Below are positions 12,494 through 24,499 of a DNA stretch of 53,145 nt, in pieces (positions within the stretch are counted from its first letter, which is position 1; every line of letters starts with the position of its first letter). Made by a program: the position numbers and the translations under genes. Source of the stretch: Octopus bimaculoides. Lineage: Eukaryota. Under the pieces are notes generated by a model, which worked only from the letters and a program-made list of their open reading frames with translations, searched no databases and was not told the DNA's origin. The stretch is taken from NCBI RefSeq assembly GCF_001194135.2, contig NC_068983.1, positions 140,659,836-140,712,980 of the forward strand, written 5' to 3'.

Positions 12494-12874
12494 ATAGTTT
12501 TAATTGAGAAAGAAAGCAATTGATGCTGGATCATGGATATAGCATGCCCAGCTGACAACAAGCTGTGCAATAAGGAAGAAAGAAAAGATATTACAGGTTA
12601 GCTTGAGAGGTTAATTAATGGTGGTCGCTGAAAGAGGTGGTAGTTCGTAGCAATAATTGTCAGAGATCTTGGAACAGTGAGTAAAAATGTTGAGAAATAC
12701 ATAAAAGAAATATGGGGTGCAATGAGGTTGGAACAATTGCAGAAAACAGCACTGACTGAAACTGCTCGAATATTCTAGATGGTGATCGAAAAATAAGGGT
12801 TGATACATTCGTTCACTGGTAGTGAACAGCTGGCACCGTAGTACATCTCCAGCGTTAAAAGCTGTCCAAAGAGA
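12494..12874 (+). mobile_element. R4/Dong-clade non-LTR retrotransposon, family A, 5'-truncated
   Basis: IVLIEKESN*CWIMDIACPADNK..., degenerate VVxIIVxxLGTVSKNVEKYIKEI..MRLEQLQKTAL..TARI.., is a REL endonuclease C-terminus. A 3' UTR follows and (AAT)n lies on both sides. Confidence 0.85.
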
Positions 12875-12905
12875 ATAAATAATAATAATGAATAATAATG
12901 AATAA

Positions 12906-12961
<56 letters not shown>

Positions 12962-14049
12962 TGGAAATGGTGACAAACGGTACGATACGAATTTAAATAC
13001 AAGAAATTCTTTTTATTTCAACCTCGTCGTTATTTCCCAAGAATTGATGTGCTCCCTGATGATACATTAATTATAAAACGATTACTTATGCTTATTATAT
13101 CATTAAAACTGTAAAGCTTAGTATGTCTCCAAGGATCTGAAACTATTGCATACATGTTATACACACACACACGCGCGCGCGCACACGCACGCACCCCCAC
13201 CCCACACACACACACATATATATATTTCATTTCCTTGAATCTCTCTCACAACAATGTAATGTAGCAAAATTTTTTACACCTATCAATAAGAACAATGAAT
13301 GACCAGAGTATATATTTATCTGTGTCAGTTTATCATGAAAAGATACAAATGGATAATATTTACTTCATGTGTCATATAAGAAAAAAGCAACTAATTTCTT
13401 TGCATTAAAGTACACATGTGAGAATCTGGCTCAGTGCTAAAATATGTAAGCAAATGGAAATAATTATTTCTGTCACGCATTGCATGGATCTGTATTATTT
13501 GTCCAGTGAAAAGAAGGAATCATAAGGAAATAGTGAACCATTTGAAATAGCTCGATAAGTATGCGTAAACGTCAGAATGCAGTTCGTGATCTACTCTACA
13601 ACCCAGCCAAAAATTATAATGTAAGCATGAAGCATTTCTGGGGTATTTCATCTTTTGACATATACTAATTCAAGCAAAATGGAAATTTTTAAACAAGAAA
13701 AATACTAATACACCTGTATAAATAGTGGTAACAGAACATGGTCCGATTTCCAATAAGATTAACTGACGAATGTTTCATTCAAAACTGGACACTTATATTT
13801 CGGTTTTAACTTTTTATTTCATGACAAGGTTTCAATGATATTCCGTTGTTTCTCTCTTATATACACAGCAAGATTTGCAACAAATATCATGTGTGTTGTG
13901 TTAGTAATTCTGAATTCCAGCATATGCTTCTTTTTGTTCAAGAATGTTATATTATTGGATTTTCAATATATAGGCATAGGAGTGACTATGTGATATGTAG
14001 CTTGCTTACTTCAGCGCATTCGTCGTTAGTTGGTTTGTTGCCTATAGAG

Positions 14050-15294
14050 TGAGCTTTTGGGCTCCGTTAATTGAAAAAAAGACAAAAAGAAAGTCGTCAA
14101 GGTAGGTCGTTTTTTTTTGTTCTTCTAGCTGGGTGGGAACTTATTGTGTTTTNNNNNNNNNNATTTCAGCTTAGCTCTGGGGCAATTTCGTCTGCCTTTG
14201 GCGACTTTAAATTGTTGCTCACTTTAGCGAGCAAAGATATTGTGTTTCTCGATCGTCGCTTTTGGTGGGCGTGTTTTCGTCGCCATAAAGGCGGACTGAG
14301 AATTTTTTTGTGAACACTTTTTTGTGTCTCACTTAATCGAGAGAATTTTGTGGGCGTATCTCACCTCCAAAGAATAGTGTAATTTTTTTCAACAATTTTT
14401 GTGGAAGCTGCGTTCCAGTTGCTATTTTGGAGTACCAGCTTGCCTGGAGTACCGAGTGGCCGGAAGATTTGTGCTTGCTGTGTTTTAGAACTGTTTTACT
14501 TTTTCTGACTTTCTATAAAATTACTTTCTCGAACTGTTTTATTCCCTTCTTTTTTTTTGTGTCTTTCTGTTTTGAACGTTTTTTTTTAACTGTTTTTCTT
14601 TCCTTCTTTTTTTTGTGACTTACCCTTTCTTTTTTCTTGAACTGTTTCCCCTGCCTTTTCTGTGACTTTTGGTTGAACTTTGTTTTGTTAACGAACATGA
14701 CATTGAAAATAGACAACGTGTTGGGGTGGGAGATTGTCCCACCCATAGAGTGGGTGAAGAATTTAGAAGAGAGGACGGTGATGTTGAGGACATATTCCAA
14801 GTCGCTCGACACCATCGCCCTCTTCAATAATATTAATATCGAATATGATTTGGCGAAGTACATGCCAACGATAAAGTTTATTTCCAGGGGTGTTAAGAAC
14901 GCAACGGTGTGGTTGCTATTTGACAGCCCTGAAGAGGTTCGCAATTTCGCGAGTGAGCCCGTAGAGGGTAAGGTAATATTGTTTCTTCTCACGTATTGTG
15001 AGAAGTTGACAAGGGATTGGGTCTGCGGTGTGCCACCCGGAATAGAACCCAAGTGGATAGAAGACACTATCCACCGAGGTTTGGGCGGCAGCGAAGCCAA
15101 GCTCCTCAATGAAAAAGTTCTGCATGCGACCGATTCGCTGGGGTCAAAAGCGATTTTGACTTTGTGGATCAAATCAGTCAAGAATCTGGTATTCCCACAT
15201 ATTTTTAAAATATCCGGTTCTAGGTATCCGGTGATACTTGAGGGACGCTCAACCCCAGTGTCACCTGTACCTGGAACAAGACCACACTATGAAA
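14050..15294 (+). mobile_element. L1/Tx1-like non-LTR retrotransposon, 5' UTR plus ORF1 start (runs into a gap)
   Basis: CpG-richer, T-tract-containing leader of ~650 nt, then a ~200-codon ORF ending in a zinc-knuckle remnant. The 5' boundary is approximate. Confidence 0.55.
14697..15294 (+). pseudogene. Gag-like ORF1 with a damaged CCHC zinc knuckle
   Basis: MTLKIDNV...VCGVPPGIEPKWIEDTI...YPVILEGR, then in another frame PQCHLYLEQDHTMK = C-x2-(C>Y)-x4-H. The YxGRxxxCxxCxxxxH layout is typical of L1/Tx1 ORF1. Confidence 0.6.
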
Positions 15295-16249
15295 NNNNNN
15301 NNNNNNNNNNNNNNNNNNNNNNNNNNNNNNNNNNNNNNNNNNNNNNNNNNNNNNNNNNNNNNNNNNNNNNNNNNNNNNNNNNNNNNNNNNNNNNNNNNNN
15401 NNNNNNNNNNNNNNNNNNNNNNNNNNNNNNNNNNNNNNNNNNNNNNNNNNNNNNNNNNNNNNNNNNNNNNNNNNNNNNNNNNNNNNNNNNNNNNNNNNNN
15501 NNNNNNNNNNNNNNNNNNNNNNNNNNNNNNNNNNNNNNNNNNNNNNNNNNNNNNNNNNNNNNNNNNNNNNNNNNNNNNNNNNNNNNNNNNNNNNNNNNNN
15601 NNNNNNNNNNNNNNNNNNNNNNNNNNNNNNNNNNNNNNNNNNNNNNNNNNNNNNNNNNNNNNNNNNNNNNNNNNNNNNNNNNNNNNNNNNNNNNNNNNNN
15701 NNNNNNNNNNNNNNNNNNNNNNNNNNNNNNNNNNNNNNNNNNNNNNNNNNNNNNNNNNNNNNNNNNNNNNNNNNNNNNNNNNNNNNNNNNNNNNNNNNNN
15801 NNNNNNNNNNNNNNNNNNNNNNNNNNNNNNNNNNNNNNNNNNNNNNNNNNNNNNNNNNNNNNNNNNNNNNNNNNNNNNNNNNNNNNNNNNNNNNNNNNNN
15901 NNNNNNNNNNNNNNNNNNNNNNNNNNNNNNNNNNNNNNNNNNNNNNNNNNNNNNNNNNNNNNNNNNNNNNNNNNNNNNNNNNNNNNNNNNNNNNNNNNNN
16001 NNNNNNNNNNNNNNNNNNNNNNNNNNNNNNNNNNNNNNNNNNNNNNNNNNNNNNNNNNNNNNNNNNNNNNNNNNNNNNNNNNNNNNNNNNNNNNNNNNNN
16101 NNNNNNNNNNNNNNNNNNNNNNNNNNNNNNNNNNNNNNNNNNNNNNNNNNNNNNNNNNNNNNNNNNNNNNNNNNNNNNNNNNNNNNNNNNNNNNNNNNNN
16201 NNNNNNNNNNNNNNNNNNNNNNNTATATACATATACATATACATGCGTG

Positions 16250-16490
16250 TGTGTATATGTTTGTGTATCTGTGTTTGTCCTCCCCCCCCCCAAAAAAATG
16301 GGTTGACAACCGATGTTGGTGTGTCTACGTCCCCGTGTCTTAGCGGTTCGGCAAAAGAGACCGATACAATATATACTAGGCTTACATAGAATAAGTCCTG
16401 GGGTCGATTTTCTCGACTAAAGGCGGTGCCCCAGCATGGTCACAGTCAAATGACTGAAGCAAGTAAAATGTAATAGAGAGTAAAGAGTAT
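16250..16490 (+). mobile_element. SINE family A, 3' half
   Basis: TTGACAACCGATGTTGGTGTG...GGTTCGGCAAAAGAGACCGAT...GGGGTCGATTT...GGCGGTGCCCCAGCATGG...GACTGAAGCAAGTAAAA. Confidence 0.85.
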
Positions 16491-17345
16491 ATTTGAAGAA
16501 TATGGTTTAATTCAAAACGGAAATGCGGTACTAGGTTTTAAAACAAAGCCATAGGACGTTTGTTAAATGACTGTATGAAATATTTTGAGCAAAATATATG
16601 ATCTATCAACGTAAATGACAACTTTTAAACAAATTTAAATAAGATTTTTCTATTAGGAATATATTGAGTACAATATGTAAAAATATTCATAAAATGAATG
16701 CTTTAAATAACTAATCAAAGATGTTCATACGTGAGAATAAATTATTTAGGTCAATGAACTTAATCTGTGTTAAGTTCATTAACACAGATTTAGCATCTGT
16801 GGGGTACCAAATATTCTGATATTTTGAAGGTTGCTTATTTAAGCATATGAAATAAACAGTAATATCAAAAATTACCGCTTCACTTGAATATTTATTCGGT
16901 TTAGAAAAAATTAAACAGACAGTTTTTTTAAATTTGTTGTCTTGCTACTTTGCAATCATCGCCAAAGTGAAATAAATATTTTACCCAACAACTGTTTCTC
17001 GTAGAACTTACGATGTATGATTTCATGTTGAAACATTCTAAACAAAGACTCCATTTTTACCCCTTGAATACATTTGAACTAAAAATAAACGCGTGTGTGT
17101 GTGTCTGTCTGTCCATCTGTCTGCCTGTCCGTGTTTGTGCGTGTGTGCGTATGTCTGTGTATGCAAGCATGTATTGCATACGATTAGTAGCTGAACTACT
17201 GAATTTTAATAATCTAATATTTAACTGTTAATTTTTCAGCCTTCCACATGTATTTCATCATATCCTGTCAAGAAACCAGGGTCAGTCAATTTCCTTTACA
17301 ACATTTTCCATGTTCGTCTACTGGCAATGGAAAACTAAAACTTAC

Positions 17346-17426
17346 CTGAAACACATTGGAAGCCACATCGCGATGTTCCGCTCCCAAAGAAATAAGTAAT
17401 CTATACTTAGTGAAAATTTATAAATA
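17346..17426 (-). other. Candidate small exon with a consensus donor, unverified
   Basis: Donor CAG|GTAAGT. Acceptor is either ttccttgttcgtag (81 nt, phase 2-2, IYKFSLSIDYLFLWERNIAMWLPMCF) or a tag at 17401-17402 (55 nt). Confidence 0.2.
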
Positions 17427-18313
17427 CTACGAACAAGGAAAAACAGAGTTGTCACAATAAGGAAAGGTAATATAACAGATATTCCTTGGCATACTTGTGT
17501 ATGCATATATAATGGGCGAATCCAACGCTTGTTATATTGGTCCCTACCATCATACGCCAGAATCGTAAGAAGTACACTACAGTATTAGCTTATTATTTAT
17601 TGAATATTTCCTTATTTCATACACATACGCAGAAACACAGAAACATACATCGCGCGCCCGCTCCCACATGCGCATGCATACACTCACACACAAATAGTAT
17701 ATATATCGCACGCAAAAATGCACTATAATATAGAACATAATATTCATTTTTTGATAATTGATTATATTATTGTATTGAACATCAATCGAAAGCAAGGCCA
17801 ACTCATTTATTCGTGTTTCTATAAGTCAGGATTGAGCGAAAATGTTGCACAAAGAAGTCTACGAAAATAATTTCAATGAAGTATGATTATCCCTAAATGT
17901 AGCTGGTCACATATCAAAGAAAAAAATGTAGACTTAAATTTAAAATCAACGCGGGATATATGTGAAACATTATATCACCTGAAATGTGCCTGTTAGCGAG
18001 GTGTGTATTTTAGATGTCAAATATTTGTGTCATCTTAGATCTCAGCGTAGATAATTGATAGGTTGAAGGTGTTTTGGTTAAAGTTCATCATAAAAAAAAG
18101 TTAAGCTGTTCTTATCGTCATGCGTTGGCATTTCAGATAAGATTTGGAAATATTTCAAGGTGACTTTCAAGTAGCACAAACATATTATTTTCGGTGACAT
18201 AACTAAAACAATCATCATGAATATCGTGTCTTTATAAGTGGAACGGTATGTATATACATAATCCACGTCATAGATGAAATATTAGTTAGCTTTCTCTCTG
18301 TTCCTCTCTCTCT

Positions 18314-18349
<36 letters not shown>

Positions 18350-18792
18350 CGTGAGAGAGTTAGGGGTTGGGGGTTCACCTGTGCTTTGGTTCTTTCTTTC
18401 TTTTTTTGTCACTTTTGCAATGAATTAAATTAATGAATTCAACGGGATACACTGTCTGCAAGTAGTTGGGTTCAGCGTATTATCCGCCATTTTCTAATTG
18501 TTATATATATATANNNNNNNNNNNNNNNNNNNNNNNNNNNNNNNNNNNNNNNNNNNNNNNNNNNNNNNNNNNNNNNNNNNNNNNNNNNNNNNNNNNNNNN
18601 NNNNNNNNNNNNNNNNNNNNNNNNNNNNNNNNNNNNNNNNNNNNNNNNNNNNNNNNNNNNNNNNNNNNNNNNNNNNNNNNNNNNNNNNNNNNNNNNNNNN
18701 NNNNNNNNNNNNNNNNNNNNNNNNNNNNNNNNNNNNNNNNNNNNNNNNNNNNNNNNNNNNNNNNNNNNNNNNNNNNNNNNNNNNNNNNNNNN

Positions 18793-18823
<31 letters not shown>

Positions 18824-18989
18824 AATATATATTTATACATATACATATATATGTATATATATATATGTGTGTGTATCTATATATGTATATATATATGTAT
18901 GTATATATATATGTATGTATATGTTCGTATGTACGTATATGCATATATATAAGTAAGTACGTACAGATACATATATAACTGTGTGTATA

Positions 18990-19150
18990 CTGTCACAGGT
19001 GTAGTTGTGTCGAAAGAAATTGCCTTCCCATCCGCATGCCTCCGAATCCAGTGTCATTGTGTGGCACCTTCGGCAAATGTCTTCTACTCTAGCGGCAGTG
19101 GATTTGGTAGTGGATTCTGAGTGGATTGGTTGACGGAAATTGAAAGTAGC
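18990..19150 (+). mobile_element. SINE family A, 5' half, degraded
   Basis: GGCACCTTCGGCAAATGTCTTCTACTCTAG core and GACGGAAATTGAAAGTAGCCCGACG. Confidence 0.75.
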
Positions 19151-19159
19151 CCGACGTAT

Positions 19160-19330
19160 AGTTTTCTTCTTTTACTTACTTCACTGTTGTGACTGCGGCC
19201 ATGCTGGGGCACCGCCATAATTCGAACAAATCGACCCCAGAGATTCATTTTTGCAAGCCTAAGTTGCGAAAACGTAAAGGCAAAAGCATCGGCCATCAAG
19301 CCATGGTACAGGGACAAACTCAGACATACT
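19160..19330 (-). mobile_element. SINE family A, 3' part, facing the previous copy
   Basis: Reverse complement contains CTGGGGTCGATTTGTTCGAA..GGCGGTGCCCCAGCATGGCCGCAGTC..GAAGTAAGTAAAAGAAG. Confidence 0.75.
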
Positions 19331-19746
19331 AATAAATACATANNNNNNNNNNNNNNNNNNNNNNNNNNNNNNNNNNNNNNNNNNNNNNNNNNNNNNNNNN
19401 NNNNNNNNNNNNNNNNNNNNNNNNNNNNNNNNNNNNNNNNNNNNNNNNNNNNNNNNNNNNNNNNNNNNNNNNNNNNNNNNNNNNNNNNNNNNNNNNNNNN
19501 NNNNNNNNNNNNNNNNNNNNNNNNNNNNNNNNNNNNNNNNNNNNNNNNNNNNNNNNNNNNNNNNNNNNNNNNNNNNNNNNNNNNNNNNNNNNNNNNNNNN
19601 NNNNNNNNNNNNNNNNNNNNNNNNNNNNNNNNNNNNNNNNNNNNNNNNNNNNNNNNNNNNNNNNNNNNNNNNNNNNNNNNNNNNNNNNNNNNNNNNNNNN
19701 NNNNNNNNNNNNNNNNNNNNNNNNNNNNNNNNNNNNNNNNNNNNNN

Positions 19747-20040
19747 GTCACATGATCGACCGGACTAGCCTAATGTTGTAGTACATCACCGGTCATATTG
19801 CCTTTTGCATCGTTTTAGCTTTTGAATGCTGCAACCTCGTTGGCTGGGCAAGCAGGCCAACATTCCACTTGAACAGAAAACTTGTTGCTTGCAGGATTAC
19901 CCATTTATAACTGAGTGGACTGAAGCAATGTGAAATGAAATGGTTTGCTCAAGAACACAACGCGTCACTCGCTCTGGAAATAAGGCCCAGCATCAAGCCA
20001 TCGTCAGTGCAAAACACTAATCACAAACCACGTGACTTCA
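19747..20040 (-). mobile_element. SINE family D, degraded
   Basis: Minus strand has GCGTTGTGTTCTTGAGCAAACCATTTCATTTCACATTGCTTCAGTCCACTCAG, a SINE core-like domain, downstream of a decayed tRNA-like head. Confidence 0.55.
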
Positions 20041-21389
20041 CACACAGGGACACACACACGCATAAGTACACACGTACACACACAGAGGTGTGTGGAGATG
20101 TTACACATGCTATAATTCATTATTTGACATTCTTTCAGCATAAGAAATTATTAGTATCAGTATACATACATTTTTGTGAGACTGACACACACACGCACAC
20201 ATGCTCGCGCGCGCATCTAAAGACAGAGGCAGACACACAGAGGGACAGAAATATGATTCACGTGTGCGTTAATGTATGTGTGTATGTCTCTTAGTTTATG
20301 TATTCAAATTCCCCCCCCCCNNNNNNNNNNCCAACAGTGAAATGCGCAGATATTGTAAGTTCACTTGCGGCTTGGACTTCAAACAAACAATGTTCACTTT
20401 GAAGTACTACCAACATGAATATTTGCCTGATTTAAAACTACTCACAATACTCGCAAATGTATCTGAAAAAATATCATTCTGGTTATAATAACAAATTCGG
20501 AAACTTGGCGATGTAGTAAGCCGCAGCGACCCTTTCAATATAATTACTGATATTGTTATTCCACTCCTAACCAGTTTCAAGATAATATGTTATTAACAGT
20601 CCTTGTATTCTTCATCACTGTGAGTATCAACGTCGCACAAACCTTTTTTGCTGCGTTACTCAGTATTTATTCTACAGCCTCTAATGTTTTCACAATTCAA
20701 ACACAGTATCTTCATTTTTGTTCACTTTGTTCAGTTTGAAAATTTTTAAATAAATTATTTTTGTATGTAAAGCTGAAGTATGCTATGTCGTCTGAATTTT
20801 CTTGGACTTTCACTTTCTTTACCGTGACATTCATTCAATCGTGAATATTATAACAGTTAATACATGTCCCATATAAATGCTGACTTTCTGTACTTTCTTA
20901 CATTGCTGACGCATACTAACTTTTGGTAAATTGGTGACTATCCATTTTTTATAGAATAACTATGCTACAGAAAGCATGTTTTGCACGTATATTAACTACA
21001 TTTCGTTTCGCTTGAACTTCCTGTGCGTACGTTTTGCTGTTTTCAATATTATCAATTCTATGAGGGTGTGTGTGTGTTTCCGCGTTCGATACGTCTATAG
21101 TAAACTATATTAATGAATATTTTACGCTGGTTTAATGAGCTCACATGTAATGAAGCAGCCATCCTTATTGTTGGTGATACCCATGAAAATCCTGATATTC
21201 TCATTCGTGTTCAAGATAACTTAAACGTGTCTCACAGACATATCCCTCTTTTAATGCTCTCCAGTTTAATCTTATTCTGTGGAATAGATAAGATGGGAAT
21301 CATTTGAATATTCCTCGGATTAATCCTGCAACAGGATAGCCAATTACAAACAAAAGGGTGTCGTCAAATGACTTCTATTCTTAGCAACA

Positions 21390-21550
21390 CATGTTAAAAC
21401 TAGAACAATCAAATCCTTTCTACAAAAGGTACAAGGCCTGAAATTTCGGGAGAGGAGACCAGTCGATTACATCCAGTCTCACTGGTACTTAATTTATCGA
21501 CTGCGAAAGGATGAAAGGAAAAGTTGAGCCCGACGGCTTTTGAACAGGCG
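21390..21550 (-). mobile_element. SINE family B, partial
   Basis: CTGGTACTTAATTTATCGACTGCGAAAGGATGAAAGG matches the body of the copy at 31605-31836. Confidence 0.7.
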
Positions 21551-21952
21551 AAATTATTTTTTTAATACAAAACTCAAAATTAATTAATTGGTGTTGATCA
21601 TTTTGTTTTTTTGTTGATCAAAAGTTTTCTCCATTTTCTGCTTATTTGAAATTTGATTCCTGATAAACTTTTGTTTATTCTGTTATTACCTGTACCCTAC
21701 GACAATTTTTAATACAACGCCTATTCTTCCATAAATGATGTTAATTGGACATTTTATAATTTATTTTAGATAATCTGTTAATCCAGCATCACTGACTATA
21801 TACACATGCAACTTAAAACTACATGCGCGTACATATATATATATAAATTATCCCCATACCTTATAGGCATATTTCTCTAGTAAAACACATGACACTTTTA
21901 TATGATAATAAAAACTGACAGGTTTAGCCATATGTACAAATGGAGATTACTA

Positions 21953-23258
21953 ATATGTCACAATTATTCGGTAACTATGATAAAACTCTGAGTTTCGGAT
22001 GTCGGGACGGAAACCCACGCCGGCATCTCTTCAATTATCGGTCTATCGAAAAAATGCTATGAAAATGACCGTTAAAACAAAAGGAAATTGCTGTGCGATT
22101 GACCGTTACTAAGACAAAAGAGTTATTAGAATGACCGATAAGTCAGGGAGGGAGTAAAGGTAAAGGAGTAAAAATGTTGATAGTAATCGCGTAAGCGCGC
22201 ATGTCCATACATACACATGCGCAACCGAACACCCCAGTACATGCGCCTATATATATATANNNNNNNNNNNNNNNNNNNNNNNNNNNNNNNNNNNNNNNNN
22301 NNNNNNNNNNNNNNNNNNNNNNNNNNNNNNNNNNNNNNNNNNNNNNNNNNNNNNNNNNNNNNNNNNNNNNNNNNNNNNNNNNNNNNNNNNNNNNNNNNNN
22401 NNNNNNNNNNNNNNNNNNNNNNNNNNNNNNNNNNNNNNNNNNNNNNNNNNNNNNNNNNNNNNNNNNNNNNNNNNNNNNNNNNNNNNNNNNNNNNNNNNNN
22501 NNNNNNNNNNNNNNNNNNNNNNNNNNNNNNNCATATATTCATCCATCCACACTTGTAACACACACATGCTTACTCACACATTCGCCGAAAAATATATGCA
22601 TACCCGCATACACGTTCGTACACACACACACGCCCCACCAATAAAAACACGCACACATCCACATGCGCACACAAGATATTCCATATACACGTCTATACAC
22701 GCACAGGAAAAATGCCGGGTGCAAGGTAGAATGTATGAGCAATATAACTATAAACCAATATCTCTATAAATAAGTAAAAAAAAATATATAAAAAATATAT
22801 AAGAAATATAAGTAAAAAGTATAGATCGATAAAAAGCTTGTATGTGGACACAATATAGAAAGCAAGTCGTATCTGTAATCTTGGTGGGGGCGTGGACCAA
22901 AGCGTAACAAATATTTAACCTTACATATTTATAGAGATATTGGTCTATTGTCTTATTGGTCATATTTTTTTACACAATTTTTCTGTATTCTACATTCTGC
23001 CCTGCATTTTTCCTGTGCGTATATAGACGTGTATATGGAATTTGTTGAGCGCGCATGTGGATGTGTGCGTCTGTGCGAGTATGTTCGTATATAGACGTGT
23101 GTGTGCGTGCATGGGAGTACGTAAGTATATAGACGTATTTTATTCTTATTGCTTATGTTTTACAATTTTTTACACGGTTTTCTGTATTTTGCCTTTAACC
23201 CTGTTGATTTTGTGCATGTGCGTATATAGACGTGTGTATGAACCTTTTTTGTGCGCGC

Positions 23259-23297
<39 letters not shown>

Positions 23298-23682
23298 CGT
23301 GCATGCGGGTATGTAGATATTTTGGGCGAATGTGTGTGTGAGTATGTGTGTGTTTCAAGAGAGGGTGGATGAGTATATACGTATAGGCACATATACATGG
23401 GTGTGCGGACGCGCATGTGTATGTATGGTGGATATGTGCGCTTACGCGATGACTATGACATTTTTACTCCCTTACCTTCACTCCCTCCCTTTACTTAGCG
23501 GTCATTCTAATAGCTCTTTTGTCTTAATAACGGCCAATCACACATTAATTTCCTTTTGTTTAACGGTCATTTTCATAGCATTTTTTCGATGGCCCAATAA
23601 CTGAAGAGATGCCGGCGTGGCTTTCCGCCGCGACATCAGAGACTCGGAGTTTTATCATGGCTACCGAATAATTGTCACATAT
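21953..23682. mobile_element. Foldback / long-TIR non-autonomous DNA element (~1.7 kb near-palindrome)
   Basis: Left end CAATTATTCGGTAACTATGATAAAACTC (21961) pairs with right end GAGTTTTATCATGGCTACCGAATAATTG (to 23674). Arm homology can be followed inward to ~22777 and ~22921, leaving a ~140 nt loop. The left arm contains a 272-N gap. Confidence 0.85.
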
Positions 23683-24159
23683 TATATTTACAGATAATTT
23701 CCTCTGTTTACATAATATCGAGGTCTCTTTCATTCTTTTGTTGTCTCTCCATTTATATCAATATCAATATCAATANNNNNNNNNNNNNNNNNNNNNNNNN
23801 NNNNNNNNNNNNNNNNNNNNNNNNNNNNNNNNNNNNNNNNNNNNNNNNNNNNNNNNNNNNNNNNNNNNNNNNNNNNNNNNNNNNNNNNNNNNNNNNNNNN
23901 NNNNNNNTATATATAACCATATTACAATCGCTGGAACTTGGGATGGGGTTGCTCGAGTATTTCGATCCCAATAATATCAACGGATGATTATTTTCTTGAA
24001 CATGAAAAGACGACAGGACGAAAAGCAAGTAAATATTAGTGAAACGCCGCTAACCATTTTCTCTCTGGCGTGCTAATGCCTCTGTTCGCTCGCCGCTTTG
24101 TTACATAGTATGATGTAATATCATATAATATACGTGTGTATACATCTTTTCTACTATAG

Positions 24160-24290
24160 AGACAAAGCCTGAAATTTTGGTGGAAGGATCAAGTCGATTA
24201 TATCGAGCCCAGTCCTCAACTGGTACTTAATTTATCGACCTCGAAAGGATGAATGACAGAGTTGACCTCGGCGGAAGTTGAACTCAGAAC
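24160..24290 (-). mobile_element. SINE family B, partial
   Basis: AGTCGATTATATCGA...CTGGTACTTAATTTATCGACC..GAAAGGATGAA...GACCTCGGCGGAAGTTGAACTCAGAAC. Confidence 0.8.
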
Positions 24291-24298
24291 ACTATTTC

Positions 24299-24332
24299 CA
24301 GCGGCTTCTCGCCGCTGACGTCACCGGAAGTG
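24299..24332 (+). promoter_or_regulatory. CpG-rich 7-bp hairpin overlapping a full CRE and an adjacent ETS motif
   Basis: CAGCGGC-ttctc-GCCGCTG; TGACGTCA at 24316-24323; CCGGAAGTG at 24324-24332. Confidence 0.3.
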
Positions 24333-24499
24333 AAGAGTATTATTCCTAAAGGCGTGAAATTGGTATGATTTTTTGGACGATAATTGACGTTCTATGTCTG
24401 TATTTCCCGTTTGTTGTTTCTACACTAAATTTTTGGAACATTTACACATACACATATATTTGATAAATCCGATCAAGAAGCACGATCTAAGTTTTAGAG

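Noticed and set aside
13499-13508. TTGTCCAGTG as a possible right TIR for the element starting at 959
   Set aside because: Only 10 bp match, it lies 12.5 kb away, and there is no subterminal similarity.
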